64,000 nt of DNA from Acidobacteriota bacterium (lineage in GTDB: Bacteria; Acidobacteriota; UBA6911; RPQK01; JAJDTT01). Shown here in pieces: positions 38,744-48,701 of the stretch (position 1 is the first letter of the stretch; each line of letters starts with the position of its first letter). The DNA lies in NCBI GenBank assembly GCA_965218775.1, contig CBDCLS010000004.1:983890-1047889 (forward strand), given 5' to 3'. The notes under the pieces were generated by a model, which was not told where the DNA came from, did not search any database, and saw only the letters and a list, made by a program, of their open reading frames with translations. The translations under genes and the position numbers were made by a program.

Positions 38744-39718
38744 ATGAGCGAGCCGTTGAGTCGGCGCACTTTCTTTCAGTCGATGAACGCTGTGGCGACT
38801 GCCAGTTGGGGCTCAAGCCTTGCTGGCATGGGTGGCGCCCCCACAACTTCTTCCGGTGAACTGGAGACGCTGCCTATCTCCGCCTCACCGCTGGCCAAGG
38901 CGGGAGGTTCCTTTGTCAATCCAAAGAAAGTTCTGCTTTGGGAAAACACCCGGAAGGAGATCCGCGAGTCCTTGGCGAGCGGGCGGTTGAAGGCTGCAAT
39001 TCTCCCCACCGGATCAGTCGAGCAGCACAACGAGCACATGGCCCTTATTGCCGACGTGGCCATCTCAACGCTGATCTCTCAACAGGTGGCGCTGCAGCTC
39101 TACCCGCGTGTTCTGGTAGCTCCTCCGAGCCCCTGTGGGTATGCCCCCTACCACATGGCTCGCAAAGGGACAATCACCCTCCGCAAGGAGACCTTCCAGG
39201 CCTATGTATTCGACGTCCTCGACAGCCTGAAGGCTCACGGCATCCGCAATATCCTGGTATTGAACGGACATGGAGGAAATCATCAGCCGCTCCAGGAGAT
39301 ACTGCCGGCCTGGCGTCGGAAACTGGGGATCAATCTCGACGCCGATTCCTACTGGAGCGCGATCTCCAAGGAAACCATGGATCAGATTATCGAATCCGAG
39401 AAACGAACCTCCCACGCCGGAGAGTTTGAGACCTCGATCTACCTGGCTGCGTTTCCGGACCGGGTGCGCGCCTTTACGATGGAGGAGTACGATGGGGCCG
39501 ACCTGAACTATGAGTCGCACTTCCCGCCCGGGATCCAGAAGTTTCTCGAGCGCGATTCGCGATCCCGGCAGAAGGGTCTAAGAGGGGAGAACAAACGCGA
39601 CCGTGCACGCCAGAAAGAAGCCCTGCTTGCTACCGCCGAGAAGGGCGAAGCTATCGTGGCTACGGCTACGCAGTTCTTTTCGAAAAGGCTTGGAAAGATG
39701 ATCGCCGAGGGAGGTTGA
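38744..39718 (+). CDS. creatininase (creatinine amidohydrolase) family protein, Tat-secreted
   Basis: Motifs are AILPTGSVEQHNEHMALIADV and LNGHGGN. The N-terminus is MSEPLSRRTFFQS. Confidence 0.65.
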   Translation: MSEPLSRRTFFQSMNAVATASWGSSLAGMGGAPTTSSGELETLPISASPLAKAGGSFVNPKKVLLWENTRKEIRESLASGRLKAAILPTGSVEQHNEHMALIADVAISTLISQQVALQLYPRVLVAPPSPCGYAPYHMARKGTITLRKETFQAYVFDVLDSLKAHGIRNILVLNGHGGNHQPLQEILPAWRRKLGINLDADSYWSAISKETMDQIIESEKRTSHAGEFETSIYLAAFPDRVRAFTMEEYDGADLNYESHFPPGIQKFLERDSRSRQKGLRGENKRDRARQKEALLATAEKGEAIVATATQFFSKRLGKMIAEGG

Positions 39719-39785
39719 CGCTGGGAGATTGTGCTGTTAGATTTCCAAGCACGTCGCGCCGGACCTCCGGCCTTCAGGTTAACCT

Positions 39786-41315
39786 TCAAAGCGGCTTCCT
39801 CAGCTCGGAAAGAAGCTCGATCATGGTTTCGATGTGAATGGTCTCCTGGGTGGCCGTCTTAGGTCGGGTACGGGCAATCATGTCCTCCAGAGTGGCGATG
39901 GCTGACTCTCTCCTCTTCTCCAGACTCGCCCGTAGATTGAGTCGGAGAGCTATTCGAGAAACCTCATCCAAATCCATCTGGTGCAGCCGCTTCAGCGCTC
40001 GCTCCAGCTGCTGTACCCCGTTGACGGTACAGTAGGCAGCGGCAAGGAAAAGGCTCACGGCCTTTTTTGGCTGGTCCTCATCATTGACGAGTCCGAGGCG
40101 ATAGTAGGCGTCACAGACCTCGCCGGTTCGTGTCGCGTCCTCAAAATCGGCTTCGGCATTCACAGGGGAGTGCTCCCTTAGATGGATCAGACCGGAGACA
40201 TAGCTGACCATCTCAGATCGAGGCTGGTACTTCCTGGCCTGGTCAATCTCCTCACGCGCCTCGACCAGGTTGCCGCTGAGATAGTGGTTATAGCCCTGGT
40301 AGTAGGGAACCTGGTTGCGGTAGTAGGAGGCCAGGGCTTGTCCGAAATCGTCCCATCGCTCCTCGTTCGCCAGCAGCCGATCCAGCGTCATGTTGGACTC
40401 AATGTTCCTTTCCAGGTAGTGCAGGGCTACCGCTTTTCCAAAGAGGGCCGCAGGATTTCGCGGATCGACGGACAACGCCCTCTCAAAGTTTACGATCGCC
40501 TCACCGCTGTCCAGGATTATGAAAAGCCAGAAATCCCCCAGCGCGGTGAAGGCCTTGGTGTAATCGGGCACCAGCTCAGCGACCTTGGCCAGGGATTGGA
40601 TCCCGGCCGCATATTCTCTCTTCTCCAGAAGCAGACCCCCTCGATAGAGAAAACACTCTGCGAAATGATCATCTGGTTCCGGGAGACCCTCGACCTCCGG
40701 ATTGCCCTCCTTGTGCAGGAGGTACAGGGTGAGGGGAGAGGCGGGAAAATTCTCGATGAACTGATCGCGGGCTTGCTCGTAGGCCGGAGGGTCAGTCGCA
40801 CCGATCGCCAGCAGATCAAGATAGGCCCTGAGAACCGGAGCCGCCTGGCCAGGTGAGAGAACCGACCCTGGAAACGGAAACGTCAACTTCTTCTTGACAC
40901 CGAGATAGACACCCGCCAAGTCACATAGCGTTGCTCGCGAAGCTTCCAGCGGCTCCCTACAGAGCTCGTCCAGTGCATCCAGGGCGGTTACGCTCAGGAT
41001 GTTCTCCTGCCTCTCACGAGTGATTCGAAGAACCGCGGTCAGCAGGAGTTGCTCGGTAAGTTCGGTTGTGTGCTTGATTCCCTGGGCCTTGCGGTAAAGG
41101 CTCTCCGCCTTTCGCCAACCATGAAGGTGCAGTTGGTGGAAGTATCGATCGGCGTCGGCCACATAAGCGCAAAATTCTGGGTCGCGAGGATCGTCGACTC
41201 GAATCTCGATTCGCTTTCGTGTGCAGCTCGGGAGGAGGACGCAGATTGCTAGAAGGGTCACTGCCCGAAGCCCTGCACCCGCCACCAAACTTCGCCGGGA
41301 TGAGTTCTGAGCCAT
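39786..41315 (-). CDS. TPR-repeat protein (probable lipoprotein)
   Basis: TPR repeats are present. Possible lipobox LLPSC after MAQNSSRRSLVAGAG. Confidence 0.55.
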   Translation of the reverse strand: MAQNSSRRSLVAGAGLRAVTLLAICVLLPSCTRKRIEIRVDDPRDPEFCAYVADADRYFHQLHLHGWRKAESLYRKAQGIKHTTELTEQLLLTAVLRITRERQENILSVTALDALDELCREPLEASRATLCDLAGVYLGVKKKLTFPFPGSVLSPGQAAPVLRAYLDLLAIGATDPPAYEQARDQFIENFPASPLTLYLLHKEGNPEVEGLPEPDDHFAECFLYRGGLLLEKREYAAGIQSLAKVAELVPDYTKAFTALGDFWLFIILDSGEAIVNFERALSVDPRNPAALFGKAVALHYLERNIESNMTLDRLLANEERWDDFGQALASYYRNQVPYYQGYNHYLSGNLVEAREEIDQARKYQPRSEMVSYVSGLIHLREHSPVNAEADFEDATRTGEVCDAYYRLGLVNDEDQPKKAVSLFLAAAYCTVNGVQQLERALKRLHQMDLDEVSRIALRLNLRASLEKRRESAIATLEDMIARTRPKTATQETIHIETMIELLSELRKPL

Positions 41316-41448
41316 ATCTGATTCCACGGAAGTCCGACCGAACCGCGATCAGGGGATTGGGGGTCGACAAATCAAACAGAACAAATCTATCTTCTTCAGG
41401 ATCTCATATTGTAGTCTTCAATAGACTCGTATTCCCTGGACGATTCAG

Positions 41449-42261
41449 ATGAGACAGCAGTTCAGCAGCGAAACAAGGGGTGTATTCTTCGATCTCTACG
41501 GAACCCTACTGATCTATGAAGACATGAAGTCGGCCTGGCGTGCGTGGCTCAAGGCCCTCCATGCCGACTTCTGTCCCTTCGGCCTTTCCCTCACGGAGGA
41601 GACACTCGCCCAGCAATGCGATGGGTTCTTCGGCATGGCAGAGCCATCAGACGAGGACAATCGGCTGACTGTGTTCGAGCTCCGTCTGCGCCACTTCACG
41701 AAGTTGCTGGGGCTGACAATTCCAGATGGAGACCTGCAACTTATCGCCGACCGGGCCGTTGGGGCCTGGCAACAACACCTCAGAGTCGACCCGGCTAGCC
41801 GAACCATTCTGGGAACGCTCCGAAGGGCAAAGACTCTAGCTCTGATCTCGAACTTCGAACACCCGCGGCACGTTCACGGCGTGCTAGCGGATCAGCGGCT
41901 GTCGGAGTTCTTTGAGACCATCGTCGTTTCTGGCGAAGTCGGGGTCAAGAAACCAGATCCGGAGATCTTCCTGCTGGCACTCGACGAGACGGGACTATCC
42001 CCTTCCGAAGTCATCTATATCGGGGACACGGCCGAAGACGTCGAGGGAGCTGAGTCGGCGGGGATCACGCCATTGCTGATCAAACGTCCTGGAAAGGGGA
42101 CAGACCCGAACTCCCTGGACTTCAGGAGCGTCGATTCTGGAGAGGTTTCGAGAGAGGCCGCCGATGTCCCTCAATCGGTCATGGTCATAGACGATCTGCG
42201 GGAAGTCGTTAGCCTTTTTGTCGGCTTGAGAGAGGGGCAAATCAGGCCTGGAGCTTGCTGA
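41449..42261 (+). CDS. HAD-superfamily hydrolase (a paralog of 17074..17826)
   Basis: Motifs are FFDLYGTLL and IGDTAEDVEGAESAG. Confidence 0.65.
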   Translation: MRQQFSSETRGVFFDLYGTLLIYEDMKSAWRAWLKALHADFCPFGLSLTEETLAQQCDGFFGMAEPSDEDNRLTVFELRLRHFTKLLGLTIPDGDLQLIADRAVGAWQQHLRVDPASRTILGTLRRAKTLALISNFEHPRHVHGVLADQRLSEFFETIVVSGEVGVKKPDPEIFLLALDETGLSPSEVIYIGDTAEDVEGAESAGITPLLIKRPGKGTDPNSLDFRSVDSGEVSREAADVPQSVMVIDDLREVVSLFVGLREGQIRPGAC

Positions 42262-42274
42262 CTCTTGAGTCCGT

Positions 42275-42865
42275 CTAGAAACTATACCCGACGACGCCGG
42301 TTATCATCAGAAAAGGGTTCCAGCCAACCCGAACCTCGGGCGCTACAAACACTCGCTCGCTAAGCCTTACCTTGAATCCCACCCCTCCGCCGAATGACAG
42401 GCCATTTCCCGAGAATGTCTCCTGCGGGGCAAATCGAATGCGGTTTCGATGGTGAAGGATACCTACACCGCCGATCAGGTAGGGTCTCATCCGGGAGCCC
42501 GACCGGAAATGCAAAGAACAGTTCAGGTTCAGTGCCACGTCCCGGTCGAAACCTGGACCCCGCATGTACAGGACCTCGGGTTCAATACTGAACCGGCGCG
42601 TCAAGTAGAATCGGGGTCCACCACCACCAACGAAGTGATTGATAGGGGCTTCGTCTGGAAAAGTGGAGTATCCCAACCTGGCATTCACCTCAGTACGATT
42701 TCTTTCTCCTTTGGAATCTCTTGGAGCAAGATCCCCAGGGTCTAGCTGCCTTATGAGAGGTCCGTCGGCAACCTCTCCACTTCTAGGACTGTCCTCGGCC
42801 CCCAAGGTGGATATGAACATCACCAACAAAGGGCCCACGAGTTTGGTCAAGGTTCTCTCTGACAT
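42275..42865 (-). CDS. outer-membrane beta-barrel protein (OmpW/OmpA-like porin family)
   Basis: It has a signal peptide, alternating beta-strand pattern and a C-terminal aromatic (…VVGYSF). Confidence 0.45.
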   Translation of the reverse strand: MSERTLTKLVGPLLVMFISTLGAEDSPRSGEVADGPLIRQLDPGDLAPRDSKGERNRTEVNARLGYSTFPDEAPINHFVGGGGPRFYLTRRFSIEPEVLYMRGPGFDRDVALNLNCSLHFRSGSRMRPYLIGGVGILHHRNRIRFAPQETFSGNGLSFGGGVGFKVRLSERVFVAPEVRVGWNPFLMITGVVGYSF

Positions 42866-43000
42866 GCCCTTGGTCTCCTCAAGTGATTGCACGCAATACT
42901 GTGCGAGTCGTCTGGCGCTCTACTTTCCCCTTGAGCCATGCGAATTCCTTTCTCCAATCGGCTCAATCGACTCCAGCTGATTCACAGAACTCGACCTAAG

Positions 43001-43152
43001 CTGAAACTTCATTTGCAGAAGTAGCTTTGGCCTCCAGGCCGAAGTCTTATTCTTCTGAGCCTTTGGCTCGGACGGCGGCCTAGAGGCCACCGCTACGCCG
43101 GACCCGAAGGTTCGTTCTCGAATGGGGCAGCTCCGCTGGGGGACTACTAAGC
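43001..43152. repeat. REP-like repeat, family A, copy 3, plus a partial second unit
   Basis: It is nearly identical to 9295-9401. It is followed by ttcgttctcgaatggggcagctccgctggggg, a motif also found at 44990 and 45365. Confidence 0.6.
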
Positions 43153-44330
43153 TGATCTCATAAGAACACGGCCTCCTCGTCAGGGTCGACTGCTATTGAG
43201 CAGTAGGTTGGCCCGGAGTTCAGACGAGTCTGGGGACTCATCGACGAGGAGGCCAAAATGAAAGTAATTGGATGTGATTTTCACACAAGGTTCCAAGTGA
43301 TTGCAATGCTGGATACGGAAACGGGAGAGCTGCAGGAGCGACGCTTGAAACACGAAGGAAAGGAGGTGGAGCGATTCTACGGGGCGCTGCAGGGTCCGAC
43401 GGTGGTGGGAATTGAAAGCACGGGGTATTCGATCTGGTTTGACGAGCTGATGGACGAGTTGGGGGTGAAGCTGCAAGTGGGAGATGCGGCGAAGATCCGA
43501 GCCCAGCGGGTGCGCAAGAAGAAGAATGATGAGGAGGATGCGCGACTGATTCGGAAGCTGTTAGTGGAGGATCGTTTTCCCCAGATCTGGGTGATCGACG
43601 CCGAGGGACGGGATCTGCGTCAGGTGCTGAGTCAGCGCCGGCGCTGGGTTCGGACGCGGACCCAGATCAAGAATGGGCTGCAGTCGTTGGCGCTCAATCA
43701 TCGGCTGGCGTTGGGGTCGAAGTTGTTCAGCCAGGCGGGGCAACGAGCGTTTGCCCAGTTGAAGCTGCGTCCCTACGCCCAGCAGTCGGCGGAGCAGTGG
43801 TGGGAAGGACTGGAGTGGCTCGGGCCTCGGATCGCCGTGCTGGAGCGACAGATCGAGCAAGCGGTGGCCCAGCGACCCGAAGCGGAGCGCCTGAGGACCT
43901 ATCCTGGGGTGGGACCGGTGACGGCCCTGGCCTGGGTGCTGATCGTGGGTCCGATCCAACGCTTTGGCGGTGGGGGCCAGTTGTCGAGCTACGTGGGCTT
44001 GACGCCGACGGAGCACTCCAGTGGGGGCCGGCAGCGGTTGGGTCACATCAGCAAACAGGGATCGAAGTTCCTGCGCTACCAACTGGTGGAGGCGTCGGTC
44101 TCCGTGAGGCGACTGCAACCGGAGCTGCGTCGTTTCTACCGTCGTTTGACCTCTCGTCGCGGGTTCCAAGTGGCCCAGACGGCGGTGGCCCGAAAGTTGT
44201 GTGAGCATCTGTACGTGATGCATCGAGATGAGATCGACTATGCGGAGTTCGTTCGCCGCGGTCTTCTCGCGAGGCGTGCTTGAGAAGATTCATGACTTGT
44301 CTAGAGTCGACAAGCTGATTAGGCAGCCTC
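43150..44330 (+). mobile_element. IS110-family element (ends approximate; this family lacks terminal inverted repeats)
   Basis: The transposase gene has ~100 bp of leader. It sits immediately beside a REP-like repeat, which is the usual IS110 target preference. Confidence 0.4.
43258..44283 (+). CDS. IS110-family transposase
   Basis: It has the N-terminal DEDD-type catalytic module (VVGIESTGYS) and the C-terminal YPGVGPVTALAWVL...SYVGLTPTEHSSGG motif typical of IS110/IS116/IS902. Confidence 0.8.
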   Translation: MKVIGCDFHTRFQVIAMLDTETGELQERRLKHEGKEVERFYGALQGPTVVGIESTGYSIWFDELMDELGVKLQVGDAAKIRAQRVRKKKNDEEDARLIRKLLVEDRFPQIWVIDAEGRDLRQVLSQRRRWVRTRTQIKNGLQSLALNHRLALGSKLFSQAGQRAFAQLKLRPYAQQSAEQWWEGLEWLGPRIAVLERQIEQAVAQRPEAERLRTYPGVGPVTALAWVLIVGPIQRFGGGGQLSSYVGLTPTEHSSGGRQRLGHISKQGSKFLRYQLVEASVSVRRLQPELRRFYRRLTSRRGFQVAQTAVARKLCEHLYVMHRDEIDYAEFVRRGLLARRA

Positions 44331-44394
44331 GCCTCCTTCAAGCGGAAGGAGTCCGGACTGTAGATGATGCGTTTAACGAACGGGGTGGCGAAAA

Positions 44395-44566
44395 GGTCGA
44401 GGAGCCCATTGCCTTGGGAAAACTGGAGTACAGCAGAGGCGGCAAGCCGTCAAGGGGCTACGCCCCTGCTTCTGTCGCTGCGCTCCTTACGCCCCTTCGG
44501 GTGACCGCTTCCCGCCTCTGCTGCGGGGAGGCTTTCAAGAAGGCAATGGGCTCCTCGACCTTTCCT
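44395..44566. repeat. perfect 23-bp inverted repeat pair enclosing ~125 bp
   Basis: aaggtcgaggagcccattgcctt (44395-44417) is the reverse complement of aaggcaatgggctcctcgacctt (44544-44566). Confidence 0.5.
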
Positions 44567-45046
44567 GGAGGCGGGCTTACCGCGCAGGGACGACCGAGGA
44601 GACCCCTTTCGTGCAAGAAGGCGCGAATAGATGGATGGGAGAGACCGACGTCTGAGGGCGTCCACCCGCTAGTCCTAAGCAAAAACGACAGTCCCCAGAC
44701 TCGAAACGAATTGCTATGGCCAACCGAACCAGTTCTCTTGCTGCCTCGTCCGTGACCGGACTCGGCGTTCAATCGGCTCTTCGAGCCGATCTAGGGGAAG
44801 TGTGCCTTGACAACGACCGTGTTCTTATAGATGAAACTTCATTCGAACCTCGCACGTCCCGGGTCACGGGTTGCTGCGAGAACTATGGAAGCCTGAAGCG
44901 CGAGCGAGGGGGTGGTCGAATGCTTTTTGGCAACGCATCTCGCAGATTCCCAACCCCTCGCTCGCGCTTCAGGCTTCTATGGCTCAGTCAGTTTCTTTCT
45001 CGAATGGGGCCAGCACCGCTGGGGGCAGGACTAACCTGAAACTTGA

Positions 45047-45212
45047 ACTAGTGAGCAGTGATGTAGTGATCAGTGAGCAGTAGGGGAGTGCAGTCCCACG
45101 GACGGGTGAATTGCCAGTAGGACAAAGCCAGGTCCGACAGGGCCGCGAACGCCGTGACTCGTTAGCAATATGAGGCCAAGTTCTGAGGAGAGAGCCGGAC
45201 AGCAGCACCATT
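45047..45212. repeat. REP-like repeat, family B, copy 2 (longest copy)
   Basis: agtgagcagtgatgtagtgatcagtgagcagt is followed by gaattgccagtaggacaaagccaggtccgacagggccgcgaacgccgtgactcgttagcaatatgaggccaagttctgaggagagagccggacagcagca. Confidence 0.6.
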
Positions 45213-45531
45213 CCCCGGGTCCCCATGTCCGCATCCCCTTCAGGGATAAAATCCAACGGCGGCGGGCGCCCCCAGGGTTGGGAAACCCTGGACTGGAATA
45301 CGCAATCCGGTTGGGATTGACCTCGATTGTGATTCCCTCTTGAAAGTCCTAAACAGGTACTTCGAAGTCTCTTTCTCGAATGGAGCCAGCACTTCCCGGG
45401 GGAGAACTAGGCCGAAGCTTCATTTGCGAGGAGATCATGCAAGAGGTACCAGTGGACAGAGCAGTGCCCTGTAGGATGGGCGCGGGGCCGAACTGCCGCT
45501 GCTGGAGGCTTATACTGGTGGCGGAAGGGAA

Positions 45532-46083
45532 GTGGAGGTGCCTAACATGAGCAGCGTTCTTTCCTCGATCGAGTCTGAATACCACAGGTACAAATCTCTG
45601 GGCGAAGGTGCGATTGCACAGCTTCACGAAAGTGAGTTGTCGGAACCGGGAGCAGGGGGAGCTAATTCCGTGGCCATTCTGATCTGGCACCTGGCAGGCA
45701 ATTTCAAGTCCCGCTTTACCGACTTTCTTAGTTCGGATGGAGAAAAGCCCTGGCGCAGGCGAGACTCGGAGTTTGCGTCGCGAGAAGTCACCCGTTCTGA
45801 GCTACAGGTGAAGTGGGACGACGGCTGGACCAGCCTCTTTACAGCTCTGGAAGAACTCTCAGAGGAAAACCTGGGGGATTCGGTGACAATCCGAGGCCAA
45901 CAAGTGACCGTGCACGAGGCACTCCACAGATCGCTGGCTCACGCCAGCTACCACATTGGACAAATCGTCTACATCGCGAGAACCCTTCGCGGCGACGCTT
46001 GGAACTACTTGAGTATTCCTCCGGGTGAGTCGGAGCAATACAATCTCAATCCAACCCGGGAGAAGGGGCCGAACACACTCTAG
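45532..46083 (+). CDS. DinB/YfiT-like (DUF1572) helical-bundle protein
   Basis: It has a DinB_2-like His pattern (HLAGN...H...H..GQ). Confidence 0.45.
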   Translation: MEVPNMSSVLSSIESEYHRYKSLGEGAIAQLHESELSEPGAGGANSVAILIWHLAGNFKSRFTDFLSSDGEKPWRRRDSEFASREVTRSELQVKWDDGWTSLFTALEELSEENLGDSVTIRGQQVTVHEALHRSLAHASYHIGQIVYIARTLRGDAWNYLSIPPGESEQYNLNPTREKGPNTL

Positions 46084-46150
46084 TAATCTGTGTTACAGCG
46101 TACTAGCAGCATCGGCTTACGACCCTGCGACTGCACTCGGAGAGATTCCC

Positions 46151-47512
46151 CTAGCGCCCCCGCCAGACCGGTCCCTGGACCGTCTCTTCCCACACCTTTC
46201 GAAACTGCTGGCTGCCATCGTCGTCCCAATGGTCGGTCCGAACGGGATTCCCATACCCGGGAACCGGTCCGGGCAGGTCAGAAGAGCCGGTGCGAAGGGC
46301 CTGCCTCTTCTGGCCGGGCCGAACGTAGAGGGTGGGACCGTTCTGATAGCGGACCCGGAAAAGGAATCGCCCCGGATCGGGCCTGGAGGCCGCGGCATAC
46401 TTCTCGTATTTCTGCCGGTCCAGACTCAACCCCAAACCCGGTCCTTCGGGAACCTGGACGCTTCCAGCGACGACCGGCATGGACTCGACTGTGATGTCGT
46501 CCTTCCAGAGATTGGCCAAAGGAATCCCGGGAAGTGAAGCCATCCTGTAGACGGCCGCCTGGTGGGCCAGGAAGGCCATGCTGAGATTTCCACCGGGTAG
46601 TTGGAGGATGAATGGCATACGAGTGCTCTCGGCCAGGGCCGCCAGTCTCATGTTCGTACCCACAGGGAAGCGGGAGGCGACGAAGCCGTCACAGAGTCCG
46701 TGGCGGACATAGAACTCGGTGGGATCCAGTCCGTAATGAAAAATCAACGGCAGCGAACACTTGGTCCGCAGGGCCTTCCAGGCTTCGTGGTCCTCGACAT
46801 TGATGGGGTCCTCGATCTCTCCGGCCACCGGGAACTTTTCCAGTTCCTTCAATACCGGATAGACCGCGGCCAATTCCGAGTCCGCGTTGAAGTCATAGTG
46901 GATCTTGAAGCCAGGCGGGGCGGCCTCCTGCATGGCAGCAGTCTGGTCGATGGCGTTCTGAAACACATCCACGTGGTACTTGAGCCAGCGGTAGCCACGG
47001 GCCGAGACCTGACGGACCTCCTCAGCCATGGCCTCGGGAGGCTGAGAGACAGTCCAGGCGGCAACCTGCACCCACTTGCGGACCTGTGGACCCAGCAGCT
47101 TCCAAAGGGGAATGCCCAGGATCTTGCCCATCAGATCGTACAACGCCATGCTCATGGGCATGTTATGGGTGGTTGCGAACCAATCGAAAGGGGTGGTGTC
47201 CAGATACCGCGACAGGTCTTCGCCTTGAGTCTTGAGAGCCCATTTTTCGCCGTAGCCCTTCAAGCCCGTGTCCGTGCGGACGATGTAGACGGTCCGAACC
47301 GGAATATCGGATTGGCTTCGGAAGAGGGCTCGGGCATTGTAATCGTGGAGCGGCGAGATGATCTCCTGAACCTGGATGTCGATAATCCTGGGTTGACGCG
47401 CAGGGGCCTGCTGGAAAAAGCGGGCGCGGCCCCACAGAGGCATCCCCGAGGCCAATCCAGCCGCCCCGGTGGTCAGCATTTTCAGAGCGTGGCGGCGATT
47501 TAGCGATGACAT
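46151..47512 (-). CDS. enolase-superfamily protein (mandelate racemase / sugar-acid dehydratase-like), Tat-secreted
   Basis: It has a Tat N-terminus (MSSLNRRHALKMLTTGAAGLA). The central D...E...D metal-ligand spacing is present (HYDFNAD...AGEIEDP...). Confidence 0.5.
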   Translation of the reverse strand: MSSLNRRHALKMLTTGAAGLASGMPLWGRARFFQQAPARQPRIIDIQVQEIISPLHDYNARALFRSQSDIPVRTVYIVRTDTGLKGYGEKWALKTQGEDLSRYLDTTPFDWFATTHNMPMSMALYDLMGKILGIPLWKLLGPQVRKWVQVAAWTVSQPPEAMAEEVRQVSARGYRWLKYHVDVFQNAIDQTAAMQEAAPPGFKIHYDFNADSELAAVYPVLKELEKFPVAGEIEDPINVEDHEAWKALRTKCSLPLIFHYGLDPTEFYVRHGLCDGFVASRFPVGTNMRLAALAESTRMPFILQLPGGNLSMAFLAHQAAVYRMASLPGIPLANLWKDDITVESMPVVAGSVQVPEGPGLGLSLDRQKYEKYAAASRPDPGRFLFRVRYQNGPTLYVRPGQKRQALRTGSSDLPGPVPGYGNPVRTDHWDDDGSQQFRKVWEETVQGPVWRGR

Positions 47513-47663
47513 GGCTTTTCTGGATCTATCGATTTTGATTAGTTCGTTGCGAAAAGGATCCTTCCATCCACACTGGGTGTCAAGGGTGGAACACAGCCCA
47601 GGACAGTTGGAGGCTGAGCAAACTGTTCAGTCGATTTGAGAAAACAACCCTCGAAATGCTGTA

Positions 47664-48428
47664 ATGATCATTGTGAGAAGGCGCTCTTCTTTACCGGTCT
47701 TCTTGATCCGCGTGGGTCTTGCCTTGGTCTTCGCGGCCGGTTTGTACTTTCTACACGCTCCTCTGCTGAATCGGCTGGGACAGATCCTGGTTCATCAGGA
47801 TCCTTTGCGTCCTGCCGACGCCATTACGGTCATCCCTGGCCCCGGCAGGGAGCGGATGAGGACTGGGATACGGCTCTTCAAAGAAGGATTCGCGGAGAAA
47901 CTGATACTCTGCGGGTCTTGGCCAGATTCACTGGTCAAAACGGCACTCAACGCCGGCGTTCCCTCCTCACAAATCGTGTACCGCAAATCAACTCCAGAGG
48001 ACTATCTCTGTTGGAAATGCTCGGTCCCCATCAGTGGTACGGCCGGGGATGCCCAAGTGATCGTGCAACTTCTGGAGACTTCAGGGATGGACAGCATCAT
48101 CGTGGTTACCTCGGACTACCACAGCGCCCGCACCGCTTCGGCGTTTCGACAACTTCTCAAGAACAAACCAATTGTGATGATGGTCCAACCCACCCAGGAG
48201 CAGTTCCCCGATCTCAACAGCTGGTGGGAAGACCGCTACAGCGCCCGGCTGGTAACGGGGCAACTGCAAAAGACCGTGTTTTCACTGTTCTCCGAGCAGC
48301 TGCCGGATTGTCTTCTGCATCCGATTCAGGACCCTTTGTCTAACGTGGCCGGGAAGCTCAGGTCCCTACTCCTATCCCAACCCGACTTCATGAGGCAGGG
48401 ATTACGCGGCGAACAAGGTCAGGACTAG
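47664..48428 (+). CDS. DUF218 / YdcF (SanA/ElyC-like) family protein
   Basis: The DUF218 core is ITVIPGPG...LILCGSW...VTSDYHSARTASAF. It has an N-terminal transmembrane segment. Confidence 0.55.
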   Translation: MIIVRRRSSLPVFLIRVGLALVFAAGLYFLHAPLLNRLGQILVHQDPLRPADAITVIPGPGRERMRTGIRLFKEGFAEKLILCGSWPDSLVKTALNAGVPSSQIVYRKSTPEDYLCWKCSVPISGTAGDAQVIVQLLETSGMDSIIVVTSDYHSARTASAFRQLLKNKPIVMMVQPTQEQFPDLNSWWEDRYSARLVTGQLQKTVFSLFSEQLPDCLLHPIQDPLSNVAGKLRSLLLSQPDFMRQGLRGEQGQD

Positions 48429-48701
48429 TACGCTGTAACACAGATTATGACGGATTTATGGCGAGCGCGACGGGTCGAGATCGCGAAGCGACGACGAACG
48501 CCATGCTTGGCCATAGTGGAGGAGGAGCGACAAAGATATCGGCCCGTCCCGTCGCCACCCGAAGGGCAGATGGGGGTTGTGGACGATCTCTGCGTTGGTC
48601 GTCGTCGAAGATGACCAAGCATCGTCTTCCTCCTCCTGCCTTGATCTCGCCCCACAAGCCCCATCTGCAAATCCGTCATAATCTGTGTTACAGCGTACTA
48701 G
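48425..48701. repeat. MITE-like palindromic repeat, copy 3
   Basis: It shares the conserved core. Its own terminal inverted repeat is ctagtacgctgtaacacagattatgacggatttatg / caaatccgtcataatctgtgttacagcgtactag. The left end supplies the TAG stop of the DUF218 gene. Confidence 0.7.
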
